Origin: Sphaerodactylus townsendi
Taxonomy: Eukaryota
NCBI RefSeq assembly: GCF_021028975.2
Contig: NC_059440.1
Location: 29,388,001-29,452,000 of the forward strand
Direction: 5' to 3'
Length of the DNA stretch: 64,000 nucleotides
Shown: positions 1 to 11,400 of the stretch, in pieces
How the letters are laid out: every line of letters starts with the position of its first letter
How positions within the stretch are numbered: position 1 is the first letter of the stretch
Translations under genes and position numbers: made by a program
The notes under the pieces: model-generated
What the model was told of the DNA's origin: nothing
The model's database searches: none
The model's input: only the letters and a program-made list of their open reading frames with translations

Positions 1-1377
1 GCTGAGAAATGATGAGGCATAATAGCTCCTTATGGAACGCTGCTTTGAGTCATGGCTATTTATAAACCGTGGGACAGGAGAAAAAAGAACTGTCCGTGTC
101 TAAGAGGCACGGGTGGCACTGCCGGAGTTCATCTCCTGTAGGGATAAACAGCACCAAAAACTGGCTAACATTTCTATTCCACCTTGTCCCTTGCAACTAA
201 TGGCAGCTCGAGGTTTAGCTTGGAGGAGCTCCGTTCATCTCTGAGCCTGAAGGGTCAGGAGGAATATTCTCCTGGATCAGCTGGGCAAAAGTCCTTGTTT
301 TGGATTGGGAACGTCCCCTGCAGCGTGGGCTACAGGGACACCCTTGGGAACTCTTCCCTTGAACCGTCAGGTGCCTGCTCAGGCCAGAGAGCAACCACTG
401 GGCCCAGCTCACTGGTCCTCAGCAGGGCCTGAACCGCCTGGCTTAGCAGCCTTCCCTCTGCCTGCAGGAGCTCCCCAGCTTCCAGGACCAGACAGACAAA
501 AAGAACTCCTCAGGCTTCCTTTGAGAGGCAACTGGTGCGGAGGATGCAAAGGCCACCTGAACTGCAATGCTTTAGTCGGCCGGGAGGCAGAGCTGCTGAG
601 CCCCCTGGAACTGCTCGGAGGCATCCTCTGGCGAGCTCCTGCTCAGAAGGGGAACTCTCCAGCCAAGGCCCGGGACACAGCAAACCTCAGCGCAGAAGCT
701 GCTGCTGCCACCCAGCAGCCAAGCCCCAGGCAAAGCGCGTGACCACGCCAGGAGAGGAGCAGCCACTTCGCGGGAAGCGGTGGGGGAAAGGCAGAGACCG
801 ACCAGAAAGCGAAGTGCTGCACGGCTGAGGCCTCAACCCTCTGAAGACAAAAGGAGCCCCCTTAAGTGGACTTGCGATGATCAACTTCAGCACACAGATG
901 TGAAACTTCTTTCCAGGCAGAAGAGCGCCTGCGTTCACTTCCTACAGTCACATGGCAACTGACGATGATCATCGGGCCTCAGCATGACCTGAGGCTCCTT
1001 GGGGCTCAACCCCACCCCATCCCACCCCACAAGTCTCCTGCCCACCCACCCCCTTTGTTTCAGGCAACACACCATGCTGGGCTGGCTGCAGAGTGCAGGA
1101 TACAAGCAAGGGAAAAGCACACTTCAGCTGCTCCCAGCTACTCCCCCCCCCCCCGAAGAGTTCTGCATGTCCAGCAGCTGCTTTGCAGTCGCCAGTTCCT
1201 CCGGCCGCTCATGTGACTCCACGGCATGGCCATTCCACACATTTGTCAGCTGTCCCACAAGCACAGAGGAGGGTGAGCCAGCCCCTGGAGAAACTCCGCT
1301 TCCTAAGACTGGGCTTCCAGGCCTCGTGAGACTACGGCCCCAAACTGCTAGGCCAGGAGGGTTCTGAAGTCCCTCCC

Positions 1378-1399
1378 GTGTGTGTGTGTGTGTGTGTGT
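1378..1399. repeat. (GT)n microsatellite
   Basis: Direct reading of the sequence. Confidence 0.9.
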
Positions 1400-2479
1400 G
1401 GCTCCTATGAATGGGCAGCAGAGCTGAGCTCCAGGGGTCCCAACCCACCGCTGGTCCCATCACTCCTGCATCCAGCCACTCTCTCCATGTGTGTACGGAA
1501 ATGCCACACTGGGGGAACAACTTCAGCACACGAGTCACTTGCAACACCACGCTTGGGACAGAGGGAAGGGGCATTCCTCTTATGGGATGCACACACCCGT
1601 GCTTAAGGCTTCTGGACCCCGTGAAGCACCTCTTGGCACACGACGACGGGTATAACGACAACAACAGTTAAAAACAGACTCAAATATGTGGCTCCCAACC
1701 AAAGAATTCTGGGACCTGTACTTGTGCAGAAGTGGTCAGAATGACGCACAAGGAACTCTCAGTGCGCTCTTCAAGAAGTCACTGTTCCCACAATTCTCTT
1801 TTTTGGGGGGTGGGTGGGGAGGAGGGCCAGGTGAGAGCAAAACATGTTGCAAACTGGCCCACCCCCTAAAAGGGCCAAAGGGAGCTCTTCGCCTGGCCTG
1901 GCAGGTTCTACGAGGAGGCTGTTGCGATCACGCAATCCCATGGGAATGAAGCACTGCCATTAACCCTTTCCCTCCCATGCCGGGAATATCAGGCATCCTC
2001 TACTGCAAGAGTAGTGGCGCCAAGGACAGCCCCGGGCAGAGACCGCAGAGCCACCGTTGAGCGTGGGCTGCCGTCCAGAACGCGTAAAGGGAGGTCTGGA
2101 GGACCTGCAGCCCGTCCGTCCGTCCGTCTGCCCGCCCGCCTCCAAGGACTCCCAGCGCCAGAGCCTTTCAGAGCAGCCCCCGGGCAGTGTCTCAGCAGCC
2201 GCTTTGCCCTCCAGGACTTGTTCCGAAGGCGGCAGAGAGCACCTCCCGGTTAGGTGAGGCCTCCTTCAGCACCACCGTCAGCACCGGCGGCCCAGCCGTG
2301 GGCACAACTGCACAGGGGCTGGACCACTTCCTGCTCTGCCTGTGCCTGTGGGGTGGGGGCGGGACAATCCCGGGATGCTGACAGTGACCCTGAATGATGG
2401 CGGAGGGAGGCCAGAGCCCAGCCTGGGCAAGAGACGTGGGGCTGAGGAGGCAGAATGGGGGGAGGGATGGGGGGCGCCC

Positions 2480-3960
2480 CCAGGAGACCAGGCTTCGTGG
2501 GAAGAGCAGCGCCCCAGAGGCCGGACGGCTGTCCCGCGGAGCCCACCCGCGCATCCAGCATGGCGGGCAGGGCGTGTGTGTGTGTGTGAACACCACCCAG
2601 CGGGGAAAGTCCGGGGCGCGGTCTGGGGCAGCGGCAGCAGCAGCACCGCCCCGTCCGGCAAGAGCGGGCAGAGGGGGCCAGCCAGGTGGCGGCGGGGGGT
2701 CTGGGAAGGGGCCCGTCCCGTCTGCGGGGCTCAGAGCGGCGTCTTGTCCTCCCCGCCGGCCGGCCCGTGGGGTCCAGGGAGAGGGCTGGTGCTGGGCGGA
2801 GTCTCTGCCCTCGACGGAACCGCTGCCTGGTCCCCCTCCCCAGCCAGGAGAGGCACCGGGGGGGGGCTCTATCGCCGCCCCCACACCCCGGCTTCGCGGC
2901 CCAGCGGCGGCCAGAGAGGAGGGAGGGAGGGAGGCGCTGGCTGTGGGGCGGCCCAGGGGGGAGGGGGACACCAGAGGCCGCCCCCCACCCCCCCGCCAGG
3001 CCGACTGACGTGTCCCTCTCTCCGGCGCCTCGGGGACCCCCCTCCCGCCGTGTGAATGGGGGGGACCCGCGTGCGGCGCTCTGACCTTCTTGACGGAGAG
3101 CGAGATGTTGTGCAGGATGCGGTCCTTCACCTCGGCCGGCTCCATGGCCGCCCCCCCGACGGCGCCCCTCGCGGCCCCCCGCCCCCGCCGCCGCGCCCGC
3201 CGCCGCCGCCGCTCCGTCCTGCCGGCCCCGCTGGCCAACCAGAGGCCGGGCGGGCGGCGCCCCGACCCCCGGATCCCCTCGGCCGCCCCGACCCCCGACG
3301 CCGCTTCCAGGGAGGGAGGACCGCCGGCGCCGCCCCCGCCCACCCGGGCCGCGTGACGGGAAGGGGGCGGGGCACCTGCCGGCTTCAGGCCGCTCCCCGG
3401 CGCCAGGCATGCCGGGAGTTGTAGTCCGCGGGCGGGTCCCCGGCCGGTGCCTGCAGAAAGGGCGCAGAAGGAGCCCCCTCCTGCCCCCCGCGAAACTGCC
3501 GCGCCCCCCCTCGCCGCGGGGGTCCAGCCTCCTGCCCACACATACGGGGGGTGGGGCGGGGGGCTGGATCCAAGCACACAGCGCCCCCCCCCCCACGCGG
3601 GGGTCTCACTGCTTGGGGTCGTGGGGAGCAAGAACATCTCGCCACTCGCCAGGATGCAGCGGAGTCCTCGAAGATGCTCCCGCCGACGCCCCCCCCTCGC
3701 CTTCTGCACCCGAGCAAAACGAAGCGCTCTGCGGGGGTCGCCCTTGTGCTCACCTGGAGCGCCCCGAGGCCGGCCAAGGGACGGGCCAAGCCCCCTTCCG
3801 CTGAGGGGCGCCCAGAAGCAAGGCTCAGGCATCGGCTCTTTAAAAATTAGGAGCAAACTTCAAGGGGCGGGGGGGAGACACCCCCCCCCCCCACAGGTGC
3901 CCCAGGAAAGCTTTGCTGAACATGACTGCAGTTCCTCTGGCTGGCAGCCCGCCCTGCGCG
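2480..3960. promoter_or_regulatory. CpG island / PLEKHM2 promoter with GC box and ZNF143-type motif
   Basis: Very CpG-dense. GGGGCGGGGC at about 3364. GGCATGCCGGGAGTTGTAGTCC at 3406-3427 (reverse complement ACTACAACTCCCGGCATGC) is the ACTACAnnTCCC ZNF143/THAP11 promoter motif. Island boundaries are approximate. Confidence 0.8.
3086..3145 (-). CDS. PLEKHM2: PLEKHM2 (SKIP) first coding exon; gene continues beyond the left edge of the window
   Basis: ATG at 3145 in a GCCATGG context encodes MEPAEVKDRILHNISLSVKK, nearly identical to the human N-terminus MEPGEVKDRILENISLSVKK. GT donor at 3085. Lies downstream of DDI2/RSC1A1, as in human. Confidence 0.93.
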
Positions 3961-4715
3961 GAGGGCTCCGTGTGACCAAAGCGGTCCCAACAGATTAAAA
4001 CCAGACACACACACACACACCCCCCGGGAGCCTCCAAGGCTGCACTGTAAAGGCTCCAAGCGCAGCTTCCGGGTGATGCTGAGCAGACCCGCCGCCCAGA
4101 AAAAAGGGGTCCTTTAGCCAGACGGCAGACACACACACCCCGCACATCCACCATCCAAAGGCACCTAAGTGGGGGCTGCCTCCATTGCCCTGGGCAACGA
4201 GCTTCTAGCAGCCTGGGCTCCCCCGTCCATCCAGAGATGGAGGCAACAGCTGAGTTCACACACTGCAAAGACCACTGTCCTTCGTATGGGTTGGCTGCCC
4301 TTCCTTCACCAGAGCTTGAATCCACCGAGAAGCACCCCCCACCCCCCCAACTTTATGAGAAGGAAGGCTTCTTTCCACTGCAGGGCGCTGAGGAGGCAGC
4401 TGGACCTGTGCGGGGAGACACAGATAACTGCTGGATTCCCCCCCCCCCCCACAGCTGGGTAGATTTATGCAGACTCAAAGGGTGGAGTAGACTGACATCT
4501 TGAGACTGACAACCAAATAAATCCACAATGCTTTCCTGCCTGTCCTGTGAGCAGAATCTGCAGGAGTGGGGGGGAGAATGAGAGGACATTCTCCCCCACC
4601 CCTTCCCTTGGAGCCAACCCTTTTCCTTGAAGGCAACCCCATGCCTGTCCTTTCCCCTTAGGCTAGCAGCAGCATCTGGGGCCAGAACACGCAAGTGATT
4701 CTGGAATGCCACCCT

Positions 4716-5110
4716 CTTCTCACAATACTAGAACCAGGGGGCATACATTGAAAATGCTGGGGGGGGGGGGGGATTTTAAAGACTAATAAAAGGAAACACT
4801 TCTTCATGCAATGTGTGATTGGTGTTTGGAATATGCTGCCACAGGAGGTGGTGATGGCCACTAACCTGGAAAGCTTTAAAAGGGGCTTGGACAGATTTAT
4901 GGAGAAGTCGATCTATGGCTACCAATCTTGATCCTCTTTGATCTGAGATTGTAAATTCCTTAACAGTCCAGGTGCTCGGGAGCAACAGCCGCAGAAGGCC
5001 ATTGCTTTCACATCCTGCACATGAGCTCCCAAAGGCACCTGGTGGGCCACTGTGAGTAGCAGAGTGCTGGACTAGATGGACGCTGGTCTGATCCAGCTGG
5101 CTTGTTCTTC
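4716..5110 (+). mobile_element. CR1 LINE 3' end fragment (ORF2 C-terminus plus 3' UTR)
   Basis: Encodes [54 protein letters not shown], a typical CR1 ORF2 tail. The 3' UTR ends in ttgttctt. Very similar to the inverted copy at 12683-13100. Confidence 0.88.
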
Positions 5111-5415
5111 TGTTCTCAGCAGTGCTGCTCCCTGTGTTCCTGTCACAACTGGCCAGGGGCCGGCCGGGAACCCTTTGCACACAAGCCCCCCCCCCCCCCC
5201 AATGCCCTGCCCTTTGCTCAGCATGCTCAGCCCGCAGGCACGACTGCTTAGCAAGGGGCCTCTTCGGCACAAGCCCTGCGCTGAATACAACAACAGGCTC
5301 ATGCGCTGCAGCCATGGCTAGTAGTGGCACTTGTGCGGAAAGCGTTTTCGAAGCATGGTGTTTCTTTCGGACTTGCATCTTGCATTAAAACCAGGAATTT
5401 AAATAAAAGATTATC

Positions 5416-5421
5416 TTTATT
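5416..5421 (-). terminator. Polyadenylation signal (AATAAA) for the DDI2/RSC1A1 transcript
   Basis: tttatt on the + strand in an AT-rich tract about 240 nt past the RSC1A1 stop. Confidence 0.55.
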
Positions 5422-5660
5422 TCATAATGCAGTACCTCAATAATAGTAGTAATTAAAAGTTGACATGTGGTTCAAGATTTGATTTTTTTTTAAAGCCTGA
5501 ATTGAACAAGGGGAAAAAGACAGACAGAGGATACTTTGGCTGAAAATAAAGCATTAAAAAAACAAACATCTAGCTCAAAAACCCAAGCAGAGTACTCTAT
5601 GCAGTCAAGATAAATTCTTGAAGGAAGTAAAGAGCAGGAGCCTGGCCATCTTTTTCACGG

Positions 5661-7390
5661 TTATGTAGGAACGACAATATTCTTGGCTAACAAAATGAGG
5701 AGGGCAAGATCCACGTTGCCACCAGCTTGCTCAAGGGCCTCGCTGGCTTCCTGGGGTGTGAAGCCTGCTCTCGTAATTTGAGCAATGTCCACAGAGGAGA
5801 AAAGTGGAGGCCGAGAAGGTGCAGAATCCATTTCTGGAGAGCAGATGTGCAGCGCAGCTGGTTCAGTGGCATCCGAGGAGACCGGCACTCCAGGCTCTCC
5901 TGGGGGAAAATCCAGAACCCTCCAAGATTCAGTGCCCCGCGTGAGGTCAGAGGGAGTCTGCTCCACAGCTTCGTCGCCTGCAGCATGGTCAGGAGACAAG
6001 CACGGAGATAACATTTCAGTGCACTCACCACACGGAGGCGGTTGGGAGGCTGCGGAAGATCTCCGAACAATGGAGCTGTCCCAACCCAAAGGCTCCTGGA
6101 TGAGGAGAGAATCTGGTGGTTCCAGGGCCTCCTGCCCGTCCTCTGCTCCAGCCCCAGAGAGCCACTCCCCTGCAGAGGCTCCAGCCCCAGGACACGCCGG
6201 CACCCCTTCGGGAGAGGAGAGTTCCACATCCCGGATGTCTCGGCCACATCCACGCTCCTCTTGAAAGGCAGCGTCCTCTTCAGGAAAGGTCCTTGGCTGA
6301 TCAAGGCTCTGGGGCCAAGAAGCCTTTTTGTAGCTGGCAACCAGAAGCTGATGGAGCTCCTTCAAGGCTGACGTGAGGGAGGGACAAGCCCCTTCCGCCT
6401 GGTGGCCCACCTGCCCTTCAGGAGGAGGAGGAGGAGGACCTGAGCAGCCGGCAGGGGCAGCCATGTCTGCGGATTCCACTGCTGCTCTTCCAGGCTGCCC
6501 CAAGTCCTTTGCAGAGATAGGATCAGCGGAGAGAGAAGAGTCAGGCTGGGATGACTGGGCCTCCATCATGGAGCACTCCGAGTTCACGGCAGACAAACCA
6601 AAGCGCTGCTCTTTCAGCTGGCTCTCCGCAGAAATAAGGACCTGATCTGTGACCTCCACTTCCATGACGGTTTCATCCCCAGGAAGCTGGTGTGGCGCAG
6701 ATTCTGGCCTCTGGGTCCCCTCACAGGAAAACTTCCACCCCTCAGGCAGAACGTGATCCATGGCCTGCCCTCCACGTGCAGGGGATGGGGATTCACCCTT
6801 GGCAGACAAATCATCTTGGCTTCTGGTTGTCTCGTCTGGGGGCTGTTCCGGGCCAAGCTCTTCATGGGGACTGGGACCCATTTGGCTCAATTTCAAAAGC
6901 GAGGGAGGCAGCAGACCAGCGACGTCTCCTGCTGGGGCATAACTACTCCCTCCTGTTTCTTCCAAAGGAGACTCTAGACCTGGACCACTGCCCTTAGCAC
7001 AAGATGGCATTGGAGTGCCAGAAGTGACCAGTTTTGCACACGTGTTGGGTGAGGGACTTTTTGTATGACGGCACGGTTCTGTTGCAGCTCGAGAAGCATC
7101 AACTCGGGTGAAAGTTTCACCATCAGAAAGATCCAGCAGTCCTTCCCTCCCGAGAGCGGCTGGGCACTCAGGAAGGGATTCTACAGACTTTGCAGCTGTC
7201 GGGTTAACAGTCTGAGCCAGACTGCACTTGTGGGAGCAGAGGGTGGGAGCAGAGGCGGAGCGATCGAGGGGCCGCCTGAAGGACTTCCTGGTCTTCAGAG
7301 CCACTTCGGGAAAATGGACTGGATGCTGAAATCCATCAGAACTCGGCAACAAAGACTGTTTCGGTGAGGTAGTTTCTTTGCCAGTAATCT
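5661..7390 (-). CDS. RSC1A1: RSC1A1 (RS1)-like coding exon with C-terminal UBA domain; also the terminal exon (exon 10) of DDI2
   Basis: 1730-nt open frame. The N-terminal LPSSDGFQHP matches human LPTSDGFNHP, and the internal ALKELHQLLVAS is conserved. The C-terminal FSSVDIAQITRAGFTPQEASEALEQAGGNVDLALLILLAKNIVVPT matches the human RSC1A1 UBA end. Preceded by a strong pyrimidine tract and CAG acceptor at 7393-7391. First in-frame ATG is only at 7010. Confidence 0.9.
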
Positions 7391-7869
7391 CTGTGCGGAG
7401 GGAGGAAGAGAGAAAAGAGCTGCATCAGATTCTGAACATGACCCAGGGTGCTGGTGCCACTTTGACCAGAGAGGGGCAAAGCGCACTCAGCGGCCTTACT
7501 CTGACCAGCATGCATCTGGAGTGAGGGACAGGGTCAAGGGAAAGGCTCTCACCTGCCTCAGCAATTCAAGCACACTTAATAACCAGACAATCAGAGAGAC
7601 CACAGAAGGTTTTATTATTGTCATTTCTCAAGAAATTGCACTAATGTAAAAAAAAAGGGGGGCTCTCAAATTATTTTGACAAAGACGATGAGTTGTGTTG
7701 CCTCGGTTCTTCCTCTCCTCAACGAGACAGAAAAGCACAGTTGGCTCAGCAGCCCGCTAAGCGACACACTCTGACCAGCTCAACTGTGGCCCTCCGTGGG
7801 GCTCACACCTGAGGCCATGAGGTCTTGCTCCCTCCTCCCAGGGTGCCGCTGCTGCTCTCCCGCATCCAC

Positions 7870-7990
7870 CCCCAGTCCTCGCAGAGCTCTCTCAGCCTCA
7901 CCTGCCTCACAAGTGTGTCTGTTGTAGGGAGAGAAAGGGAAGGAGTTTGTGTGTTGCTTTGAGACTCCTTATAATTGAGAAAAGTGAACA
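7870..7990 (+). mobile_element. Squamate SINE 3' fragment (same family as 45017-45298)
   Basis: ctctctcagcctcacctgcctcacaagtgtgtctgttgtagggagag..ggaagg resembles the reverse complement of the SINE at 45017-45298. Confidence 0.6.
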
Positions 7991-8439
7991 ACAGGCCTCA
8001 CCTGGCCGTCCGCCCTCAGAAAAGTCTGCTTTGTGAGGTAAGATCAAAGCAGCAGTCCCAGCAAGAGATGGCTTTTGGAGACAGCTTATTCAGGGCTTCA
8101 AAGGGAGCCACCAGTTCTGAGGTCTGTCTTGTACCTTCGAAGCCTCCAGCTCACGTGGCAATGTCTGCAGTCTGACTGCGGAGGCCAAGAAGCCAAAGCC
8201 ATCAACAGGTGGGCCCGTGGCACAAGACACCAGCACTGGGAGCAGGCATCTGTCTGAAACACTTTCTGGTTTGATCCTCTCTGACAGGCAGAAACCAGAG
8301 CATCACACAACATGCAAGCCAGCTCCGTGGCGATCAAAGGAGACCAAGGAAGTGGGAGGAACCGTTCAGAAACCGGGGCTGTGTGTAAATACCTGGTCTG
8401 TGGCCCACTCCAGCAGCAGCAAACCCCACACTACATGCA

Positions 8440-11400
8440 TCAAGGCTTCTGGTGCTCTGTTTCGAATTAGGAGACAAACACACCAAACTTGTGTTAGCAC
8501 ACTGCACATGCACAGTCCGGGCTCGCACCCTCCCCCGTCGCCTTTCCCAACCCGGCTTCGTTCAAGATAGGAGGCCCTCTCGATTTGGGGGCTCTTCCGA
8601 GAGCAGCTGCTCTGCCGTCCGTAGCACAGCAAGGCCTCACCGCAAGAAGAACGGCCCCTCTCCAAGGAAGGCACACTCTGCGCAGGCAGCGGCCCGGCTG
8701 GTTCCTGCTTTCAGCTGCCGCTGATGCGAAGCAGGACAGCCTTGGAGAGACTGCCAGACTCCACTCCCTTCTGCCACTGGTGCTGCCTTGCTTGCAAACT
8801 GTCTTCCTTCTGTCCCCCTGTCCTTCAGTTTGACCATGGAAACGAGGCCACTCCAACGGGACACGGGAACTTTCCAGGGGAATCAATCCCTCCTGATGCT
8901 GAGGTGCAGAACTCAACTGGAAATGGCTCAGGCACCAAGGCAGACAAGCCAGCCCACGGCTTCAGCCGCACAGGGCCCTCTGCAGAAGGGCACCCCAACG
9001 GGCAGGCTCTGCACGGAGCACCCTGCCAAAGCCCTCAACCCACAGCCCGCCACTTGCTAGCCTGGCCCACTACGCTGCCTTGCCTTGCGCAACCTGACTC
9101 TCTGGCCAGGCTCAGCTTTGCTGCCTGCCTCCTGACGGCTGCCCTCATCAAGAAAGAAGCTTCAAGAGACCTCAGGACTTCCTTGAAAAAACCTTCCTCC
9201 GCTTGCAAGTTACACAAGCTGGGCTGGCTGGTTCTGGCAAACTCAACAGGCTCCAGCGTGCCTGGACGTCTCTCACCGCAGCCCTTCCCTGCCACTCCTT
9301 GCAGACTGGCAGGCAGCAGAGACATCTAGAGCGAGGGAGAGCAGAGAACTGCCTGAGAACATTCTGAGTGCCCCTGGCTGGACACCAAGTCTCGAGTACA
9401 CCTCAAGTCACAACAGTGCCCAAGCAGGCAAGGGGCTTCCCTGCCCAACAGCCAGGAAGTCAGTGATGGAGAGAGAACAGGGAGGTGCATCTCACACCAC
9501 CTCAAAGATGCATCCCAGGTGGATTTCCCCAACAGAATGCATCTGGGCTCAGACTGGCGGGTGGGAAGTCCAGCTCTTAAAGTAATTGGAAGGGAAAAGG
9601 AGCGCACGGCAGCATTCTTCCCAACGCAGCAGAAGGAAAGCAGAAAAATCCATTTCAAATATAACCCTATAAATTGCCTACGGACACTTGACGGTTGCGG
9701 CATTTCTGGAGTACTGGGGGTACAATCCTGCTCCTTCGCTGGGGGGTGATGAATGAGAGTCTGCTAAGAGCAGCCTATGATGATAAGAAACTTGATTCTC
9801 CTATATAAAAACCTGGCACCCACCCAGAGTGCGAGCGGCCAGAGAATTCCACCAGGGCCAAGACAGGCCGGATGGTGCAGGGCAGCTCCCTTGTATAATC
9901 CACTACAGTTATCTTCTGCTGAAGCAATCACTGATGGACAGACCAGAACACGGCCAGGCAACCTGCCTGCTGCCTCCTAGGCTGCTGCCCTCTTGGCCAA
10001 GAAGCACTCCTGTGGTCTGTCCTGTCTTGACCTGACTTGCTCACCAGGAAGCCCAGAGGCTACTTTTCTGCTGACCTGTTGTTTTTGTTACACCAAACTT
10101 TGGTACTTCTAAGGAAGAGCAGAAGGAAGGAGAGGCTGTGCTTCACACACCCCATGACAGGCCAGCTGGAAGGCCTCAATGAACGCAAGGCTAAAAGCTG
10201 AAGCTGCTCAAATACCAGCTTGAACGGTGAGCTGCCCTGTTGCATTTTGTTCTTGAACTTCTCTGAGAGCGCTCCGGCGGCTGGAGCACAAAGACAGACG
10301 GTCCTGGGGTAAAGAGAGTCTACTGATGTCCGGACAAAGTTACTCTTGTTCACTTGGCCTTCCTGCTCTCGGAGTCGAAGATCTCTGTGGAATTCAGCTC
10401 TAGCTACAGTTTTTTGAAGGGAAGAGGACTGATGAATCAGAGTATTTTAATATACCTTCTGAGACTGAACCTTGTGGGGTTAGGCCTATATTATCTTATG
10501 GATGCTTTTCGGGGGGGTGGGGGAGGGCACCACATCTGGATCATGCAAGCTGAATTTCAAGAGATTAAAAGGAGTGCCTTGGTCAAGATGGTGGACTAGC
10601 CAGCCACCAATGGCTTCCAGCCTGACAAACAATAGCCAGCAAGGCAAGCCGGCACTGGTAAGACCCGGATCCACATTGACTGACCCTCGGAAAGGACCTT
10701 TTCTGCCTCATTTGCTGCACTGGATTGTTACCAGATTCAGGCCCGCTAATCAGGGCACAAACTGAGCAGTCATTCTAATAAGGCACCCAACTGCTAATGA
10801 GCCTTCCTCCCGCTGGCTGTGACTTGGCTAGGCAAGCGGCGGGAGTCTACTGGCCTCCGGAAACGCCTGGTGCTCCTGCCTCCTCAGGCTGCGCATCACA
10901 TGCAATCATGTGGCACAACCACACCAAGAAACAGCAGCATTGAGACAGTTCTAGGAAACTATAATGTATACAAGACAAGGGGGGGGTGCAACTTGAATAA
11001 CCAAACAAGCAAATATTTGCACACAACAAAGCTATCAGTCATAGATTATGTGGTTTGTGATAAATTATAGTCTATGACTGCTAGCGTGTGCAAATATTTG
11101 CTTGTTTAGTAGTTCTAGGAAACTGCCTGGAGGGAAACTAGTCCATCTCCTTTGGCCACACTGGGCTGCCCACAGGAGAGGTGGCCCCGATGTGCCTCCC
11201 CACTCATCCTCTGTCTACTCTGGGCCCTTGAGGTACCTGCTTCCTCGACAGATTTTTGGATAGCCTCTGCCAGTTCGTGGTCTGCAATCTCTTCTGGCCT
11301 GACATCCTCCCGGCCAGCCCCGTAAGCCAGCCTTGCGCACTCCGGGAGCTCCCCCTCTGGCAGGAAGGTTGTCTGAGAGCCGGTGGTGCCAATCACCAAG

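Noticed and set aside
2192-3998. Long overlapping ORFs (554 aa, 448 aa and others) over the PLEKHM2 CpG island
   Set aside because: These are stop-poor GC-rich frames with Gly/Arg/Pro/Ala composition. Only the 20 codons of PLEKHM2 exon 1 are recognisable.
8393-8442. Overlapping stop-start TGATG at the DDI2 stop as a reinitiation route into RSC1A1
   Set aside because: The ATG at 8440 reaches the junction in phase 0, but the RSC1A1 frame needs phase 1. The ATG at 8436 is followed immediately by TAG.
10045-10075. Possible 31-nt exon (CAG..GTGAGC) in DDI2 intron 8
   Set aside because: The acceptor is purine-rich and there is no homology. The true exon 9 (EHQKP*) is at 8456-8393.
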